DNA of 51,423 nucleotides from Deltaproteobacteria bacterium. GTDB lineage: Bacteria > Desulfobacterota > RBG-13-43-22. The notes beneath the pieces were generated by a model. The model did no database searches. It saw nothing but the letters and a program-made list of their open reading frames with translations, and had not been told where the DNA came from. The translations under genes were made by a program, and so were the position numbers. Below are positions 44,514-51,423 of the stretch, in pieces. The first letter of the stretch is position 1. The number at the start of each line of letters is the position of its first letter. The DNA lies in assembly GCA_016219065.1 (NCBI GenBank), contig JACRCK010000115.1, forward strand, positions 1-51,423. The letters run 5' to 3'.

Positions 44514-45107
44514 TCATGGTTGTTCCAGGTAACTGGGGTGGTCGATTTTCGCTGAATTCCGACCCGTGTATTTAACGGCCTCGAGAAAATTGATCGGGTC
44601 TCGGGATTGGTAATCCCGGATCCAGTCTTCGACGATTTGCCGACTGGTCTCCCAAACCAGAGGGAGGGAGGCGGCCACTGTTTCCGAAAGCTCCAGACCG
44701 AAATCGATGCTCTCCGGTTCGATACCGATGATCGCAACGTCCGGCCTCGGATCTTTTTGGATCATTTCCAGGGCCTGGATCACCGAAAACTCATGGAGAG
44801 ACACCGGGTTGGTTCCCAGATCCATATCCTTCAGGCTGTCGACCCGGTACACGGTCCCGGGCGGACTTCCGGCCTGCATGGCATCGATGAGCAGAATTTT
44901 TTCCGCCCAGTCGAATAGGTGGAGGGCATCAAACACTGCGCACCCCACCTCGAGGGTTCGATATTCCTGACCGCCGGCCGGCGGAAACCGTTTCACGGCG
45001 TGGACCCCCACGCCGTCGTCCCGCAGCAGGATATTGCCCATTCCGGCGATCAGAATCCTCGGCCGGGGCACGCTGATTAATCCGGTTTTCCCCGGGTGCG
45101 TTTTCAT
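44514..45107 (-). CDS. [NiFe] hydrogenase maturation endopeptidase (HyaD/HybD/HynC family)
   Basis: ILIAGMGNILLRDDGVGVHAV.., ..LLIDAM.., ..HEFS... ATG 45107 has an AAGGAAA RBS 31 nt after the large-subunit stop. Confidence 0.85.
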   Translation of the reverse strand: MKTHPGKTGLISVPRPRILIAGMGNILLRDDGVGVHAVKRFPPAGGQEYRTLEVGCAVFDALHLFDWAEKILLIDAMQAGSPPGTVYRVDSLKDMDLGTNPVSLHEFSVIQALEMIQKDPRPDVAIIGIEPESIDFGLELSETVAASLPLVWETSRQIVEDWIRDYQSRDPINFLEAVKYTGRNSAKIDHPSYLEQP

Positions 45108-45138
45108 CTCGATTTCCTTAAACCGCGGTCGTCCCGGT

Positions 45139-46575
45139 TTAACAGCAACCGGTGATGACCCGGACCTGGGCCTTTTCATTGGGTCGGGAAACATGAACGG
45201 CGCAGGAAAGGCAGGGATCGAAGGAATGGATGACCCTCAGGACCTCTACCGGCTCTTTCAGGTCTTTCACCGGCGTGTCCATCAGGGCCTTTTCGATGGG
45301 ACCCATCTGACTGGCGTCATCCTCGGGAGAGGCATTCCAGCAGGTCGGGGTAATGATCTGATAACGAGAGACCTTGCCGGAAACCGTTTGGAGCCAATGC
45401 CCCAGGGCGCCGCGGGGGGCTTCGGTGAGTCCCACGCCCGAGGCCGAGGCCGGTATCGTCGGTTTGGTGTACACCGTTCCGGTTGTTTGGAGCTGGTTTA
45501 CCCAGTTTCGCAGGGCCAGGGCTATTTTTAAGGTCTCCTGGGCCCGGGCCGCGTGACGGTCCATAACGGAAATCCCCTGTCGGTAGTCGCCGTTGACCCA
45601 CATCCGGGCCAGGGGACCCACCTCATAAGGGGCGCCGCTGTAGCGCGGGGCCTTGAGCCAGGAGTAGGCCTTGGCCTTGGGGCTTTTCGGCAGGGTTTGC
45701 CCGACAGCCGGATTCAGATTGGTCGTGGAATCCTCGTACCAGGAATAACGCACCGATTCGGTGATCTGGTTCAGATCGACATAGTTTGTGGAGGAAGACC
45801 CGTTCACCGTCCGGCCCCGCCTGAGGAGCCTGGTTCGGCCCGTGGAATCCAGGTCAAAGACCCCGAAGGAAAGCAGGTTGCCGTAGCCCCTGCCGATCGT
45901 ATCATAATCCGAATAAACCCCCCGTAACGCGGCAACATCCGGCAGATAAACGTTCTGGATAAAGGGGATTAATTCATTCAGGTAGGCGGTGTACTTGGCG
46001 ATGCGGTCGGCCCGGGGTGTGGCCGTAAAACCTCCGGCGATATAGGCGGCCGGATCCGGCATACGTCCGCCAAAGAGGGCGCCCATCTCATGGGCTTTCC
46101 GGGTCATGTCGATGGCGGTTACATAATGATTCACCAGACTGGTAGCCGCCGCTCCGGTGATGCGCTTGTCCGCTTTCCAGGAGGGCTGCCAGGGTGGCAT
46201 GGCCGGCCCGTCGATATAATCCAGGGCCGTCAGGTGGTAAAAGTGCAGGATATGGGATTGGACAAAATTGGCGCCGAGGACCAGGTTGCGCATGACCCGC
46301 GCATTCGCGGGCACGCGCATCCCATAGGCCGCATCCTGGGCCATGACCGAGGCCATGCCGTGGGGCACGGGGCAGACGCCGCAGATCCGCTGGGTGAGGT
46401 GCTGGGCATCCCCCGGGTCGCGGCCGACCAGCAGTTGCTCAAAGCCGCGAAACAGAGTCCCCGTGGCCCGGGCATCGATGACCTGCTGCTGTCCCCGCAC
46501 TTCGTTCACGGTGACCGATATCTTCAGGTGCCCTTCCAGGCGGGTTACGGGATCTATAAAAATCTTGGTTGACAT
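45139..46575 (-). CDS. [NiFe] hydrogenase large subunit (short, 478 aa)
   Basis: N-terminal RLEGHLKI and RICGVCPVPHG. C-terminal DPCLSCAVH followed by a 17-aa cleavable extension. Confidence 0.95.
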   Translation of the reverse strand: MSTKIFIDPVTRLEGHLKISVTVNEVRGQQQVIDARATGTLFRGFEQLLVGRDPGDAQHLTQRICGVCPVPHGMASVMAQDAAYGMRVPANARVMRNLVLGANFVQSHILHFYHLTALDYIDGPAMPPWQPSWKADKRITGAAATSLVNHYVTAIDMTRKAHEMGALFGGRMPDPAAYIAGGFTATPRADRIAKYTAYLNELIPFIQNVYLPDVAALRGVYSDYDTIGRGYGNLLSFGVFDLDSTGRTRLLRRGRTVNGSSSTNYVDLNQITESVRYSWYEDSTTNLNPAVGQTLPKSPKAKAYSWLKAPRYSGAPYEVGPLARMWVNGDYRQGISVMDRHAARAQETLKIALALRNWVNQLQTTGTVYTKPTIPASASGVGLTEAPRGALGHWLQTVSGKVSRYQIITPTCWNASPEDDASQMGPIEKALMDTPVKDLKEPVEVLRVIHSFDPCLSCAVHVSRPNEKAQVRVITGCC

Positions 46576-46593
46576 AGAGTTACCTCCTTCAAT

Positions 46594-47490
46594 TTATTGA
46601 CCGCGGGGGGTGTAGAAAGGGTTGGTTCCGGGGAATCCGGGCTCCGTGCAGCCGATGCAGGGGGCATTGGCATCCACACACCAGTTGACTTGGTTGTTCC
46701 ATTTCTGCATGGGGCAGTTGGACATGGTCATCGGACCCCGGCAGCCCAGGTCCATCAGGCATTGATTGTCCCTGCCATAGGTGGTAGCCATGACCCCTCC
46801 CCGGCGGGGGCACAGGTCATGGACGGAAGTACTGAAAAAATGAATGGGCCGACCAAAGGCATCCAGGTCGATGGGCTGGCCGGTCAGCAGTTGCACCACC
46901 GCCCAGACGATCCAGTCGGGATGGGTGGGGCAGCCGGGAATATTGATGGTATCCAGGCCGGTAAGCTCCTTGACCCCCTTGACCCCGGTGGGGTTGGGCG
47001 GGGCCGCGGGGATGCCCCCCCAGGCGGCGCAGGTCCCGATGCAAAGGATTCCGGCCGCCTTGGCGGCCAAAGCCCGGACGGCCTGCTCGAAGGTGACTTC
47101 CTGCTCGTTGTAGGTCCAGGCATGGCAGGCCCGGCCGCCGAAGGCGGTCGGAATCCCGCCTTCTACGGCGAGCAGATATCCGCCGTTCCGGTAGGCCGCC
47201 TGGGCCTGGGCCACGGCATCCTGTCCCGCCAGGGACATGAGGTTGGGGTGGTAGACCAGATTGATGGCGTTGACCAGCACGTCGGCGGCCGTCGTGGGGC
47301 CTTCGGTGGATATCCGGTTGAGGAAAGATTCGGAGCATCCGGTGCAGCCGCTGCCCTGGAGCCAGATGACCGCAGGTCCGGTCGGATTGGCCAGGGCCTC
47401 TTCCAGCCGGATTAAATCAGTGGCGGACAGACCGACGGCCGCTGCCGACAGGCCGCAGAATTTCAAAAAGTCGCGTCGCGAGATGTTCAT
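46594..47490 (-). CDS. [NiFe] hydrogenase small subunit with a Tat leader
   Basis: MNISRRDFLKFCGLSAAAVG. GSGCTGCSES. Distal HDLCPRR..C..GC. Medial NCPMQKWNNQVNWCVDANAPCIGC. Confidence 0.95.
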   Translation of the reverse strand: MNISRRDFLKFCGLSAAAVGLSATDLIRLEEALANPTGPAVIWLQGSGCTGCSESFLNRISTEGPTTAADVLVNAINLVYHPNLMSLAGQDAVAQAQAAYRNGGYLLAVEGGIPTAFGGRACHAWTYNEQEVTFEQAVRALAAKAAGILCIGTCAAWGGIPAAPPNPTGVKGVKELTGLDTINIPGCPTHPDWIVWAVVQLLTGQPIDLDAFGRPIHFFSTSVHDLCPRRGGVMATTYGRDNQCLMDLGCRGPMTMSNCPMQKWNNQVNWCVDANAPCIGCTEPGFPGTNPFYTPRGQ

Positions 47491-48058
47491 GAAAACCTCC
47501 TAAAAATGGCTAGATGGAAATAACGTGTTTCACCGCTGTTTTCTTTGGACAACGGCCTTGGGGGACTCTGCTTGGGATGGTAAATCGGTTAGGGCATTGA
47601 AGCTTAAACCACCTCCTGTTTCGGTAATTACGGTAGTCAGTCAGCCGGGCAGGGAATGAGCGTGAGCGCATAAGAGATAAATCCGAGGGGGAGCTGCGAA
47701 GAATGTTGAAGGGATAGCCAACTGCAACGACAAAATAAAATCCTTTACTGCTTTAAAAAGGCCGACCTGGTTTTTGGATCGGGATGATCTTCTTTTCCAG
47801 TGGTCCCGATTAGCTTATGCAAATGTAATGCCGAAAATGATTATATTTGTAATATATTGAATTTAGTATTTTATTTCTATAAATCCATTTTGGGTCCGGC
47901 AACCGGTGTAGGTTGTTCTATACACTCCCCCTGTCAACTTTAAAACGTTGTCACATAATTTATTAATTAACAATTCAATATAATAGCCAAAATTATTATA
48001 TGTATAACTATTTTAAATTAAATGAAAATATAATAAGATTAGTTATAATAATATGTTA

Positions 48059-48082
48059 ATAGTTAACAAATTTGTTAACTAT
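48059..48082. promoter_or_regulatory. Perfect 24-bp palindrome in the long AT-rich region upstream of the hydrogenase operon
   Basis: atagttaacaaatttgttaactat is its own reverse complement. Confidence 0.4.
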
Positions 48083-48163
48083 GCGAATAGCTTAAGCAAG
48101 ATTTTGGAGGAGGGAAAAAGATTCCTAGGGGAGCTGTTGTAGTTTGATAGATCGGCTGGGATT

Positions 48164-49219
48164 TCAGGAGGAGAGGGCCGAAACGACCAGCAACTTTTTA
48201 ATTATCTCGGCGGCAATACGGTAGGTGGATTCCCGGCCGGGACTGCGGGGGTTGAATTCAGTCAGGTCCAACCCGGCTAATTTGATTCCTTTTTTCAATA
48301 CGGCTTTCAGATGATCGATGAGTCTGAAAAGCTGCGGCTCGCTGAGGCCCTGGCGGTCCAGGAAGCGGACCCCCTCCAGGGCATTGCGGGCGCCGATGTC
48401 CATATCCACCGAGATATAAAGGTAAGGCGTTTTGATTGCTTCCAGGATACGTCGGATGCGGGAGGGGGAGCTGGCCAGTTCCTCTTTGGTTACCAGGGTC
48501 ACGCCGCTGGTTTTCAATTCCTGGTAAAAGCGAACATAATTTCTGATCCGTTCATCTTTCAGACGGAAGGCGTGCTTGGGAGGGTAGTCGCTGATGCCGA
48601 GAACAAAAAGATTCCGGGGGGAGACGATCCCTTCGATCAATAAATGATAGAGGAACGAACTGGCCTGGTAGGAATCGGGCCGGTCGTACAGCAGGGGATC
48701 TTCGGGATCGTGCACCGATTCCGGATTGGTTGCGGCATCGTACTGAACGGCCGGCGCCAGGACGCTCATGGGGATCGCATCGGTGTGGGAATCCAGGACG
48801 ACCAGGGCCACATCGCCCGGGGCGAATCTTTCCGCCACCCGGCGGTAAACCCCCCCGGTCAGGGAGTGGTCCACGCCGATCAGGACGGGCAGATGCGGAA
48901 AGATCTGTTCTTTGACAAAGGCCCCCACTTGATCGGCCATATCCCGGCAGCCGTCTTCATCCAGAAAACGCACCATCTCCCCAGCGGTGAGCTTCTCTTT
49001 CTCCCCCCCCGGCGGAATCGGTTCCAGCCAGGTCGGTATGGTCAGGTTGCCTTTTTCCAGCCAGAGGTTTGGATCCAGGTCGGACCTTAGCAGATCGATT
49101 AAGGTCTCATAAGGGCTGGCGATTTTTTCCCCCTGATTGAGCAGAGATAACTTCTCCTGAAGGGACTCATGGCGTTCATCGCAATCGAGAGGGCAACCAA
49201 AAAAAGCTATTTTTTCCAA
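48164..49219 (-). CDS. Arginase/agmatinase-fold (ureohydrolase family) protein, divergent
   Basis: LIGVDHSLTGG, VVLDSHTDA, ISVDMDIG, GLDLTEFNP fit the ureohydrolase motifs loosely. It has a TTG start. Confidence 0.6.
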   Translation of the reverse strand: MEKIAFFGCPLDCDERHESLQEKLSLLNQGEKIASPYETLIDLLRSDLDPNLWLEKGNLTIPTWLEPIPPGGEKEKLTAGEMVRFLDEDGCRDMADQVGAFVKEQIFPHLPVLIGVDHSLTGGVYRRVAERFAPGDVALVVLDSHTDAIPMSVLAPAVQYDAATNPESVHDPEDPLLYDRPDSYQASSFLYHLLIEGIVSPRNLFVLGISDYPPKHAFRLKDERIRNYVRFYQELKTSGVTLVTKEELASSPSRIRRILEAIKTPYLYISVDMDIGARNALEGVRFLDRQGLSEPQLFRLIDHLKAVLKKGIKLAGLDLTEFNPRSPGRESTYRIAAEIIKKLLVVSALSS

Positions 49220-49308
49220 AGGTCGTTATCCAGGATATTTTTATTGGACATAATCATATGATTTTACTTCTAACAGTGCAAGCTCTATAAGGCCGGCTTA
49301 CCTGCTAT

Positions 49309-49364
49309 AGATTCTTACCGCCATTGTTCTGAGAATTTGTCTCAAACAATGGCGGTAAGAATCT
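49309..49364. repeat. Hairpin with perfect 20-bp arms
   Basis: agattcttaccgccattgtt (49309-49328) and aacaatggcggtaagaatct (49345-49364), with a 16-nt loop. The right arm runs into the dispersed repeat. Confidence 0.8.
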
Positions 49365-49440
49365 AAATAAAAAACTGCGTTCTCTTGGGTTCTTGTTCAG
49401 CGGTTTTTTCCAACCAAAAAAATTTCAAATTTTTTTGGTT
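49356..49440 (-). repeat. ~85-bp dispersed repeat, copy 2 (inverted relative to 8723-8806)
   Basis: taagaatctaaataaaaaactgcgttctcttgggttcttgttcagcggttttttccaaccaaaaaaatttcaaatttttttggtt. Confidence 0.85.
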
Positions 49441-49612
49441 AGATCTTGTTTCGTAGGATATTGAGATGATGTATCGGTTAAGATGGATTTGTTTCCATAG
49501 GATTATAGCTAATGGGGTAACCATTCAAACTGTCTGAAATTAATAATTAAAGTGGATAAGCCCCTCTCCCGATAAAGAGGAAAAAATCATTTTCAAAAGG
49601 GGAGAGTTGAAA

Positions 49613-50650
49613 ATGAAGCCAACCGAGTACGATTCAACCAATGTAACCGAATTGGCCAGGCAGGGGCTTTATCAAATGTCCCGCTTGGCCATCCCGATCA
49701 CCCCGGACAATTACCGCCTCTGGTTTAACTATGTGTCCCGTTCCATGGCCGATCTGGTCGCCGAAGTGGATGATCTGCTGTCCACCGCTAATCCTTTCAA
49801 TCCGGTGATTTGTGAAAACCTCTACCAGAAATATTTCGGGGCCGACCGGGAATCCAAACTGATACGCCTGCTTCACGATGAAACCAGGGAAATGCTCAAG
49901 GACTTGTTCGGGGAGATGCTGAATACGCACCGCTCCGCCTCTGAATACGGAAGCCAGTTAGGGACCCATGTTTCCAAACTGGAACAAGCAATGACGCTGC
50001 AGGAGGTCCGGGAAATCGTCGGCGGCATCCTGTCGGATACAGACCGCATGGTGGCAACGACCCGACAGTTGAAGGTCCAGCTCGAAGAGGCGACCCTCAA
50101 GACCAGGAAGCTGGAACAACGGATCGAAGAGACCCGGCAAGAAGCCCTGATAGACGGACTGACCGGGCTCAACAACCGCAAAGCCCTGGATCGAAAAATG
50201 CTGGAAACTTTCCAGCAATACCAGCAGGAGGGAACTCCCTTGGCTTTGATTTTGTTGGATATCGATTTTTTTAAGCAGTTCAACGACCAATACGGGCACC
50301 CGGTCGGCGATAAGGTCCTGCAGCTCATGGCCGGCCTGTTGTTGGAGACGGTCAAGGGCCGGGATTTCCCGGCCCGATACGGCGGTGAAGAGTTCGCCAT
50401 TATCCTGCCCGACACCGGCTTGGAGGGCGCATTATCACTGGCTGAACAAATCAGGAGTCAGATCGCCCAAGAAAAAATTATTATTAAGCAAACGGGAGAG
50501 AAATTGCGACCAATAACCGTCAGTCTGGGAGTGGCGGAAATCAGGTCCAAGGATTCTGTCGAAACCCTGATCGAACGGGCGGACCGGGCTTTGTACCTGG
50601 CCAAAAAAATGGGAAGAAATAATGTGAAATCTGAAAAGGACATAAACTGA
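49613..50650 (+). CDS. Diguanylate cyclase (coiled-coil N-domain + GGDEF)
   Basis: DGLTGLNNRKAL, LLDIDFFKQFNDQYGH, RYGGEEFAIILP. GGGGAGAG lies upstream of ATG 49613 (the ORF opens at TTG 49607). Confidence 0.9.
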   Translation: MKPTEYDSTNVTELARQGLYQMSRLAIPITPDNYRLWFNYVSRSMADLVAEVDDLLSTANPFNPVICENLYQKYFGADRESKLIRLLHDETREMLKDLFGEMLNTHRSASEYGSQLGTHVSKLEQAMTLQEVREIVGGILSDTDRMVATTRQLKVQLEEATLKTRKLEQRIEETRQEALIDGLTGLNNRKALDRKMLETFQQYQQEGTPLALILLDIDFFKQFNDQYGHPVGDKVLQLMAGLLLETVKGRDFPARYGGEEFAIILPDTGLEGALSLAEQIRSQIAQEKIIIKQTGEKLRPITVSLGVAEIRSKDSVETLIERADRALYLAKKMGRNNVKSEKDIN

Positions 50651-50776
50651 AAACAAACCCCGGAAATTTTCAGTAGCGGCCCCAACCGCCAGGTCCCCGG
50701 ACGCTTTATTTATTTCCGTCTTGACCTCCAATCAATCCGGCCTTAAGATAAAGTCCATCATCCACAAGGAGGAACC

Positions 50777-51370
50777 ATGAAGAAGCTACTGATCGGAATA
50801 CTCGGTCTGGCCTTGTGCCTGATCCCGGCTCTGGCCCCGGGAGAGACCAAATCCAAAACGTTTACCAAGGAGGAAATCAAAAAAATGTCGGAGACGAAAG
50901 CGGTCATCGAAACCAAGCTCGGTAAAATCGAGTTGAAGTTTTTCCCGGACCTGGCCCCCAATCATGTGAACAACTTCATCGACCTGGCCAAAAAAGGTTT
51001 CTATGACGGGACGATCTTTCACCGGGTCATCCCCGGCTTCATGATCCAGGGCGGCGATCCCAATACCAAGAATTCGGACAAATCCCGGCACGGAATGGGC
51101 GGCCCCGGTTATAACGTCAAGGCGGAATTCAGCAGCAAGGCCCACAAGCGCGGAATCGTTTCCATGGCACGGGCCCAGGACCCGGACAGCGCCGGGTCCC
51201 AGTTCTTCATCTGCGTAGCCGACGCCCCGTTTCTGGATCGGCAGTATACGGTCTTCGGCGAGGTGACCTCCGGAATGGACGCGGTCGATAAGATCGTCAG
51301 CCAGCCGCGGGACCCGCGGGACAACCCGAACGAACGGGTGGAAATAAAAGTGACGGTGGTCGAAAAGTAA
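50777..51370 (+). CDS. Periplasmic cyclophilin-type peptidyl-prolyl isomerase
   Basis: Signal peptide MKKLLIGILGLALCLIPALA. FHRVIPGFMIQGGDP, GIVSMARAQDPDSAGSQFFI, YTVFGEV. Confidence 0.95.
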   Translation: MKKLLIGILGLALCLIPALAPGETKSKTFTKEEIKKMSETKAVIETKLGKIELKFFPDLAPNHVNNFIDLAKKGFYDGTIFHRVIPGFMIQGGDPNTKNSDKSRHGMGGPGYNVKAEFSSKAHKRGIVSMARAQDPDSAGSQFFICVADAPFLDRQYTVFGEVTSGMDAVDKIVSQPRDPRDNPNERVEIKVTVVEK

Positions 51371-51423
51371 CGATGGGTTTTCAGCCGCAGACGTACGCGG
51401 ACCCATTTGGTATGACAACAGAA

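Noticed and set aside
45139-45200. Possible selenocysteine ([NiFeSe]) recoding at the large-subunit C-terminus
   Set aside because: The motif reads DPCLSCAVH with TGC/TGT Cys codons and no in-frame TGA, so this is a Cys-type enzyme.
8723-49440. Reading the two inverted 85-bp repeats as the ends of a 40-kb composite transposon or genomic island
   Set aside because: The interval has no transposase, integrase, tRNA target or direct-repeat flanks. The repeats look like small REP/MITE-type elements. Only the repeat observation is kept.

Overview
This 51.4 kb window has GC-rich coding sequence and AT-rich intergenic spacers. I call about 40 protein genes. I see no rRNA, tRNA, CRISPR array, transposase or integrase. 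All calls rest on motif reading of the supplied ORF translations and the DNA, because no searches were possible. The gene content suggests an anaerobic, Desulfobacterota-like bacterium, but that is inference only.

Layout, left to right:
- A cusA-like RND metal pump, truncated by the window edge and carrying an in-frame TAG, plus a Met-rich FixH/YtkA-like periplasmic protein.
- A small membrane protein, an FtsX-type permease and an ABC ATPase. A nested-palindrome insertion splits the operon.
- A Cys-motif polytopic membrane protein.
- Two paralogous secreted proteins, each an internally duplicated propeller-like module, sharing a C-terminal ..FKGAV[KR] tail.
- A long minus-strand operon: single-domain response regulator, cadherin-like tandem-repeat protein, 7-blade Asp-box propeller, oversized di-haem cytochrome c peroxidase, signal-less multicopper oxidase and Tat multicopper oxidase. 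A NarL-type regulator and a GAF-PAS-PAS HisKA_3 kinase lie beside it.
- A minor-pilin cluster (fimT/pilV/pilW/pilX-like).
- A radical SAM protein, a lipoprotein, a VOC/epimerase-like protein and an M24 peptidase.
- Two molybdenum hydroxylase systems. One is IorAB-like with a Tat leader. The other has FAD, 2Fe-2S and Mo subunits, and its FAD subunit has a four-Cys insertion as in 4-hydroxybenzoyl-CoA reductase.
- A saccharopine-dehydrogenase-like protein and a class III aminotransferase.
- A lower-GC islet encoding a beta-helix (choice-of-anchor-Q-like) secreted protein.
- A periplasmic [NiFe] hydrogenase operon: Tat small subunit, short large subunit, maturation protease, then a CxxCH protein with five Ig-like repeats.
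- An arginase-fold protein, a GGDEF protein and a periplasmic cyclophilin.

The best candidate for something undescribed is the adjacent multicopper-oxidase pair at 17589-20156. Their copper-ligand motifs are complementary: each protein has one ligand-bearing cupredoxin domain and one that lacks the canonical ligand motifs. Only one carries a Tat leader. This suggests an obligate heteromeric, split MCO, embedded in a secreted redox/adhesin operon of unknown function.

The intergenic regions also carry at least six families of short palindromic or short-period repeats.
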